This document shows positions 59,536-64,000 of a stretch of 64,000 nt of DNA, piece by piece. Numbering within the stretch: position 1 is the stretch's first letter; every line of letters starts with the position of its first letter. Below the pieces are notes generated by a model. It did not search any database and was not told the origin of the DNA. It was given only the letters and a program-made list of their open reading frames with translations. Origin of the DNA: Longimicrobiales bacterium (lineage in GTDB: Bacteria; Gemmatimonadota; Gemmatimonadetes; Longimicrobiales; Gaopeijiaceae). The translations under genes and the position numbers were made by a program. The DNA is taken from the NCBI GenBank assembly GCA_965202985.1, contig CBDBCF010000002.1:192001-256000 (forward strand), read 5' to 3'.

Positions 59536-60159
59536 GTGGCAATTATCTTGTCGGCCGTGAACCCAGAAAATCTCCCGGCCGGCCCGCCCTCGGCGACGCC
59601 CACGGTGCTCATGGACGCGGACGCCGTCCGGCGGGTCGTGGACCGCATGGCGCACGAAGTGCTGGAAAGGGCCGGGGGCGCTGGGGACTTGGTCCTGATG
59701 GGCGTCCAGCGCCGGGGCGTCGACTTGGCGGACATGATCGGCGCGCGCGCGGCGGCGGCCGAGGGCGCGTCGGTTCCCACCGGGACGCTGGACATCACCA
59801 TGTACCGGGACGACCTCATGGCCTTGGGGCACCTGCCCCGGGTCGGGGAGACGCGCCTGCCGTCCGGCGGCGTGGACGGCAAGACGGTCGTTCTCGTGGA
59901 CGACGTGGTGTACACCGGGCGCACCGTTCGCGCGGCCCTCAACGAGCTCATGGACTTCGGGCGCCCGGCGCGCATCCTCCTCTGCGTGCTCGTGGACCGG
60001 GGCGAGCGGCAGATGCCGATCCAGGCCGACATCGTGGGCCGCGCCTGCCAGGTGCTCCCCGACCAGCGCGTGGACGTGCTGGTCCCCGCCGTGGACGGCA
60101 GCTTGGCGGTCGTCGTGACCGGGACGCTGCGACGGCCGGGCGCCGCCTTGCCCCGATGA
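59536..60159 (+). CDS. pyrR: Pyrimidine operon regulator / uracil phosphoribosyltransferase
   Basis: LDITMYRDDL, VLVDDVVYTGRT and VDRG; start uncertain. Confidence 0.92.
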   Translation: MAIILSAVNPENLPAGPPSATPTVLMDADAVRRVVDRMAHEVLERAGGAGDLVLMGVQRRGVDLADMIGARAAAAEGASVPTGTLDITMYRDDLMALGHLPRVGETRLPSGGVDGKTVVLVDDVVYTGRTVRAALNELMDFGRPARILLCVLVDRGERQMPIQADIVGRACQVLPDQRVDVLVPAVDGSLAVVVTGTLRRPGAALPR

Positions 60160-61196
60160 CGGTTCCGTCGCCGGCTCTGGGGAAGGACCTCGTCGGGCTG
60201 GAGCACCTCTCGGGGGACCAGATACGGGGCATCCTCGACTTGGCCACGCGCTTCCGGGAGATATCGGACCGCCCGATCAAGAAGCTGCCCGTCCTGCGGG
60301 GCAAGACGATCGTCAACCTCTTCTTCGAGCCCTCGACCCGCACACGCATCTCGTTCGAGTTCGCGGAGAAGCGACTGGGGGCGGACACGGTGAACATCGG
60401 GGCCAGCCGGTCGTCGGTGTCCAAGGGCGAGACGCTGGTCGACACGGCCCGGAACCTGGAGGCGATGCGGATCGACATGGTGGTGATGCGCCATTGGTCC
60501 GCCGGTGCCGCCGCCTTCTTGGCCAACCGCATTCCCTCGAACGTGGTGAACGCCGGCGACGGCGCGCACGAGCACCCCACGCAGGGGCTCCTGGACCTGC
60601 TCACCCTCCGCGACCGCTTCGGCAAGCTGGAGGGGCTCAAGGTTTGCGTCGTGGGGGACGTCCTCCACTCCCGCGTGGCGCGGTCCAACATCTTCGGCCT
60701 GCTCAACATGGGTGCGGAGGTGGCGGTCTGCGGACCTCGCACCTTGCTGCCGGCCGCGATCGAGGAACTGGGCTGCCGCGTCTTCGCACGGGTAGAGGAT
60801 GCGCTGGAATGGGCCGACGCGCTCAATGTGCTGCGCCTCCAGCTGGAGCGGATGCAGGCCGGGTTCGTGCCGTCGCTCCGCGAGTACAACCGTGCCTTCG
60901 GGGTGACCTGCCACCGGCTGGCCCAGGCGCCGCGGGCGGTGACGATCCTTCACCCTGGACCGATGAACCGAGGCGTCGAGATCGACTCGGACGTGGCCGA
61001 CGGCCCCCACTCGGTCGTCCTCCGCCAGGTGACCAACGGCGTGGCCGTCAGGATGGCGGTGCTGGCGCTGCTGGCGGACCGCGCGTCCCATGCGCCGGAG
61101 GCGCCCGCTTCTGCTGGGTCCGCTGAGCATCCCGGGGGCGAGGCGCCCGCGTCCGTCGGGTCGGACCAGCCCCCGACCGGGAACGCGAACCGGTGA
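60156..61196 (+). CDS. pyrB: Aspartate carbamoyltransferase catalytic subunit
   Basis: FFEPSTRT, HEHPTQ, HSRVARSN, RLQLER and HPGP. Confidence 0.96.
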   Translation: MTVPSPALGKDLVGLEHLSGDQIRGILDLATRFREISDRPIKKLPVLRGKTIVNLFFEPSTRTRISFEFAEKRLGADTVNIGASRSSVSKGETLVDTARNLEAMRIDMVVMRHWSAGAAAFLANRIPSNVVNAGDGAHEHPTQGLLDLLTLRDRFGKLEGLKVCVVGDVLHSRVARSNIFGLLNMGAEVAVCGPRTLLPAAIEELGCRVFARVEDALEWADALNVLRLQLERMQAGFVPSLREYNRAFGVTCHRLAQAPRAVTILHPGPMNRGVEIDSDVADGPHSVVLRQVTNGVAVRMAVLALLADRASHAPEAPASAGSAEHPGGEAPASVGSDQPPTGNANR

Positions 61197-62521
61197 CGCG
61201 GTTGCTGGTGCACGGGGGACGCGTCGTCGACCCGACCCGGGGCCTGGACGCCGTGCGCGACGTGCTGGTCGAGGACGGACGGGTCGCGGCGGTGGGCGAG
61301 GACTTGGCCACAACGGTTCCCTCGTCGGCGGAAGGTTCGCCGTCCTTGCAAGCGATCGACGCCGCCGGCTTGGTGGTGGCGCCCGGCTTCGTGGACCCGC
61401 ACGCCCACCTCTGCGAACCGGGACTGGAGCATTGCGAGACGATCGCCACCGGCGCGGCGGCCGCGGCGGCGGGGGGCTTCACGGTGGTCTGCGCCATGCC
61501 CGACACCGACCCGCCCGTGGACGATCCCGCCGCGGTCGGCTTCGTGGTCGCGGCCGGACGGCGCGCCTCGGGCGCCCGGGTCTTCCCGGCGGCGGCGGCC
61601 ACCGTCGGCAGGGAAGCGGAACGCCTGGCAGAGTTCGGCGAAGTGGTAGAGGCCGGCGCGGTGGCCGTGAGCGACGCGGGCCGCGCGATCCGCTCTTCGC
61701 GGCTGATGCGGCTGGCCCTTGAGTACGCCCAGTCGTTCGACATCCCGGTCCTGGCCCATGCGGAGGACCCGTGGCTGGCGGAGGGCGCCGTAATGCACGA
61801 GGGGGTCGTCTCCACCCGGCTGGGGCTCCGGGGCAAGCCGGGCGCCGCCGAGGAGATAGGCATCTACCGGGACTTGGCGCTGGCCGGTGCGACGGGCGGC
61901 CGCCTCCATCTGCAACGGGTCACGACCGCCGCCGCCTGCCGCCTGATCCGCCAAGCTCGCGAGCGCGGCGTTCGCGTCACCGCCGAGGCCACCCCCCACC
62001 ACCTGCTTCTCGCTCACGACCTGCTGGATAGCTACGGCGCCAACTGCAAGGTGGACCCGCCGCTGCGGCCCCGCGCCGACGTGGAGGCGTTGCAGGCGGC
62101 CTTGGCCGAGGGCGTGATCGACGCGGTGGCCACCGACCATGCGCCCCGCCACTACGACGAAAAGGAACAGGCGTTCGACGACGCCCCCTTCGGCGTCGTG
62201 GGCTTCGAGACCGCCTTCGCCGTCCTTCACACCGACTTGGTGCTGAAGGGAGTTCTGGACCTTCCGACCCTGATCGCGCGCATGTCGTCGGGTCCGGCGC
62301 GCGTGCTGGGCCTACCGGGCGGCGGGCTGGCGCCGGGTTCGCCCGCCGACCTGATCCTGATCGACCCGGCGGACGAGTGGGAAGCCGACCCCGACGCCTT
62401 CCTCTCCAAGAGTCGCAACACGCCCTTCGCGGGCCGGCGGCTGGTCGGAAGGGTGGTCCGAACGCTTGTGGAGGGCGAAACCGTCTGGATGCGGTCGGAC
62501 CCCGGCGGAGCCTTGGACTAA
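61193..62521 (+). CDS. pyrC: Dihydroorotase-family protein with several active-site substitutions
   Basis: PGFVDPHAH, EATPHHL, ATDHAP and SKSRNTPF; coupled to pyrB. Confidence 0.85.
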   Translation: MTRLLVHGGRVVDPTRGLDAVRDVLVEDGRVAAVGEDLATTVPSSAEGSPSLQAIDAAGLVVAPGFVDPHAHLCEPGLEHCETIATGAAAAAAGGFTVVCAMPDTDPPVDDPAAVGFVVAAGRRASGARVFPAAAATVGREAERLAEFGEVVEAGAVAVSDAGRAIRSSRLMRLALEYAQSFDIPVLAHAEDPWLAEGAVMHEGVVSTRLGLRGKPGAAEEIGIYRDLALAGATGGRLHLQRVTTAAACRLIRQARERGVRVTAEATPHHLLLAHDLLDSYGANCKVDPPLRPRADVEALQAALAEGVIDAVATDHAPRHYDEKEQAFDDAPFGVVGFETAFAVLHTDLVLKGVLDLPTLIARMSSGPARVLGLPGGGLAPGSPADLILIDPADEWEADPDAFLSKSRNTPFAGRRLVGRVVRTLVEGETVWMRSDPGGALD

Positions 62522-62551
62522 GGTCGGTCGGGCTCGCAGTCCAAAGCGTGG

Positions 62552-63634
62552 TCAGACGGGGCCGTTCGCGGTCCGCGCCAACAGCTTGTCGCCCGTGTCG
62601 CAGTCCACCACGGCGTCCGCCGCCTCGTCCACCAACTCCGAGCCCGACGCCGCCAAGATGCGGCGCAGCCGCTCCGCCGTCCCCGACCCGAACCGCCGCT
62701 CCGCCAAGCGAACCACCAGCGCCCGCTTGTCGGCCAACCCCTGCTCCAGCCCCTGCTCGCGACCCTGCTCCATCCCTTGTTCCAGCCCTTGCTCTCGGCC
62801 TTCTCGCCGGAGCTCCTCCGCTGCTTCCGCCGCCTGCCAGGACATGCCGCCTCCCTCCCTTGGGTGTCTGATCCGCTCCACGATCCGCTCTCTCGTCGCC
62901 CGCGCCACGCCCATCGCCCGCGCCGCCTCCTCCGCCCACATCGCGTAGCCCTCCCGCACGCCCGCGTGCTCAGGACCGCCGTAGCGCGCAGCCAGAGCCT
63001 CGGTCACACGACCCAGGCTCCGCCAGTCCCGAACCAAGTCCACCAGCCACCGCAGCAGCGTGCCGTCCGCCGGCAAGTCTTGCTCCGCAGCCGACCTCGA
63101 GTCAAGGACCTCGTACAGGTGTGCGGTCTGGAGCCGGGCGGCGCTCGCAGACCCCGGCGGCGCCAGCGCGGCCACGCTCGTCAGCGCGCGCCACGGCTCG
63201 GGACCGATGTGCAGCACCGACGACAGGACGGCGGGCGCGCCGCTGCCGTCGGGGTTCCTCCACTGCTTGCTGGCTTTGAGGAAGCGGTAGAGGTGGGCGA
63301 CGTACTCGAGGCTTCGGAAGAGCATGTCGTAGCCGACGGCGGACTGGTACTCGACGTGGAAGACGACGGCGCGGCGGCGGTGGCGGAAGGGGACCCACCA
63401 AGCGGCGTCGGCGCGCCGGAGCTTGGGGCCGGGGGAGACGTGCTCGGTGGGCAGTTCGCGGATCGAGTCGAGGTCGAGTTCGCGGTGCCAGCCGCGAGCC
63501 ATGAAGTCGCGGACCAATGACTGGGCGGCGAGGGGGTGGGCGAAGAACGACTTGAGGACCTCGTCGTGCCTGCGGGGGCGCTTGCGGCGAGGGGGTTGCC
63601 GGCCGTTCTCGGGCGGCGTGGGGTGCTCCGTCAT
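62552..63634 (-). CDS. Rpn-family (Transposase_31/YhgA-like) PD-(D/E)xK nuclease
   Basis: HDEVLKSFF, LDLDSI, RRADAAW, HVEYQS and a C-terminal EQG repeat followed by LAERRFG. Confidence 0.85.
   Translation of the reverse strand: MTEHPTPPENGRQPPRRKRPRRHDEVLKSFFAHPLAAQSLVRDFMARGWHRELDLDSIRELPTEHVSPGPKLRRADAAWWVPFRHRRRAVVFHVEYQSAVGYDMLFRSLEYVAHLYRFLKASKQWRNPDGSGAPAVLSSVLHIGPEPWRALTSVAALAPPGSASAARLQTAHLYEVLDSRSAAEQDLPADGTLLRWLVDLVRDWRSLGRVTEALAARYGGPEHAGVREGYAMWAEEAARAMGVARATRERIVERIRHPREGGGMSWQAAEAAEELRREGREQGLEQGMEQGREQGLEQGLADKRALVVRLAERRFGSGTAERLRRILAASGSELVDEAADAVVDCDTGDKLLARTANGPV
62735..62803. repeat. 12-bp coding repeat (EG-REQG-LEQG-MEQG-REQG-LEQG)
   Basis: Repeated CC(C/T)TG(C/T)TC units at 12-nt period. 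Confidence 0.85.
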
Positions 63635-63817
63635 GGGTTGCGGTCTCCGTCGGCGCGGGGAAGTTGGCGGGGCTCGCTGGCGGGCTCGCGGGCGAACGCC
63701 GCCGGCCCGGCCTGCGAGGACCGGGCGAGTCCCGGATACGGAGCAAGATGGGACGAAAATTGGGCGCTTCCATGGCTGAATCGGCCCGTCTTTCGGCGAC
63801 CGCCGCTGGCCGGCAAG

Positions 63818-63845
63818 GGAACCTTTTTGCGGTTTGGTGAGTACC
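63818..63845 (+). promoter_or_regulatory. Putative ECF-sigma promoter
   Basis: GGAAC-CTTTTT...(18-bp spacer)-GTACC. Confidence 0.45.
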
Positions 63846-63879
63846 ACGTACCAGAACCACCAACCAAAGGGGGGACCCC

Positions 63880-64000
63880 ATGGACGCTCTGCCGCTCAAC
63901 AAACCGCCCGCCGCGGCGAAAACTTCCGCCGCCGCCCTGCCGCCACCGGAGCCCGAGGTCGACCTGGACCGCTTCCACGCCGGCAACCCACGCCTGTTCC
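63880..64000 (+). CDS. 5' end of a gene running off the window, possibly an ECF sigma factor
   Basis: AAGGGGGG SD plus ATG; MDALP...DLDRFHAGNPRLF resembles the xxGDxxAF start of ECF region 1.2; only 40 codons visible. Confidence 0.4.
   Translation, partial: MDALPLNKPPAAAKTSAAALPPPEPEVDLDRFHAGNPRLF

Overview
High-GC bacterial chromosomal segment; the gene content and protein style suggest Gemmatimonadota (inference). The backbone is housekeeping: nfeD-floA, acnA, tRNA-Leu(CAA), gltA, S9 peptidase, pyrimidine-nucleoside phosphorylase, class A PBP, aroB, acyl-CoA ligase, NYN nuclease, MPG, two NhaC-family transporters, etfBA, moeA, acs, tadA and pyrR-pyrB-pyrC. Several accessory inserts interrupt it. 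(1) At ~3.1-9.4 kb a lower-GC two-gene module sits inside the flotillin operon. Its first gene is fused in frame to the membrane-anchored YqfB-like third gene and ends in a PUA/EVE-like domain. It is translationally coupled to a 1412-aa Zn-finger-rich DUF1998 (YprA/DruE-like) helicase. This is the best candidate for an undescribed, possibly membrane-tethered defence system. (2) After tRNA-Leu come hicAB and a lipoprotein/TonB-receptor/DUF4249 operon with a frameshifted first gene. (3) A defence-like cluster holds an SDH_sah protease, MNT-HEPN and a DUF4011 helicase-nuclease. (4) A Cys-rich exported protein and a beta-propeller are followed by an IS3 scar. (5) An Rpn nuclease has an internal start site. 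Also notable are a probable pseudo-dihydroorotase, an in-frame ORF-acs fusion and a ~165-nt structured RNA candidate. No CRISPR array, rRNA or integrase was seen. All family calls come from motif recognition by eye, not from database searches.
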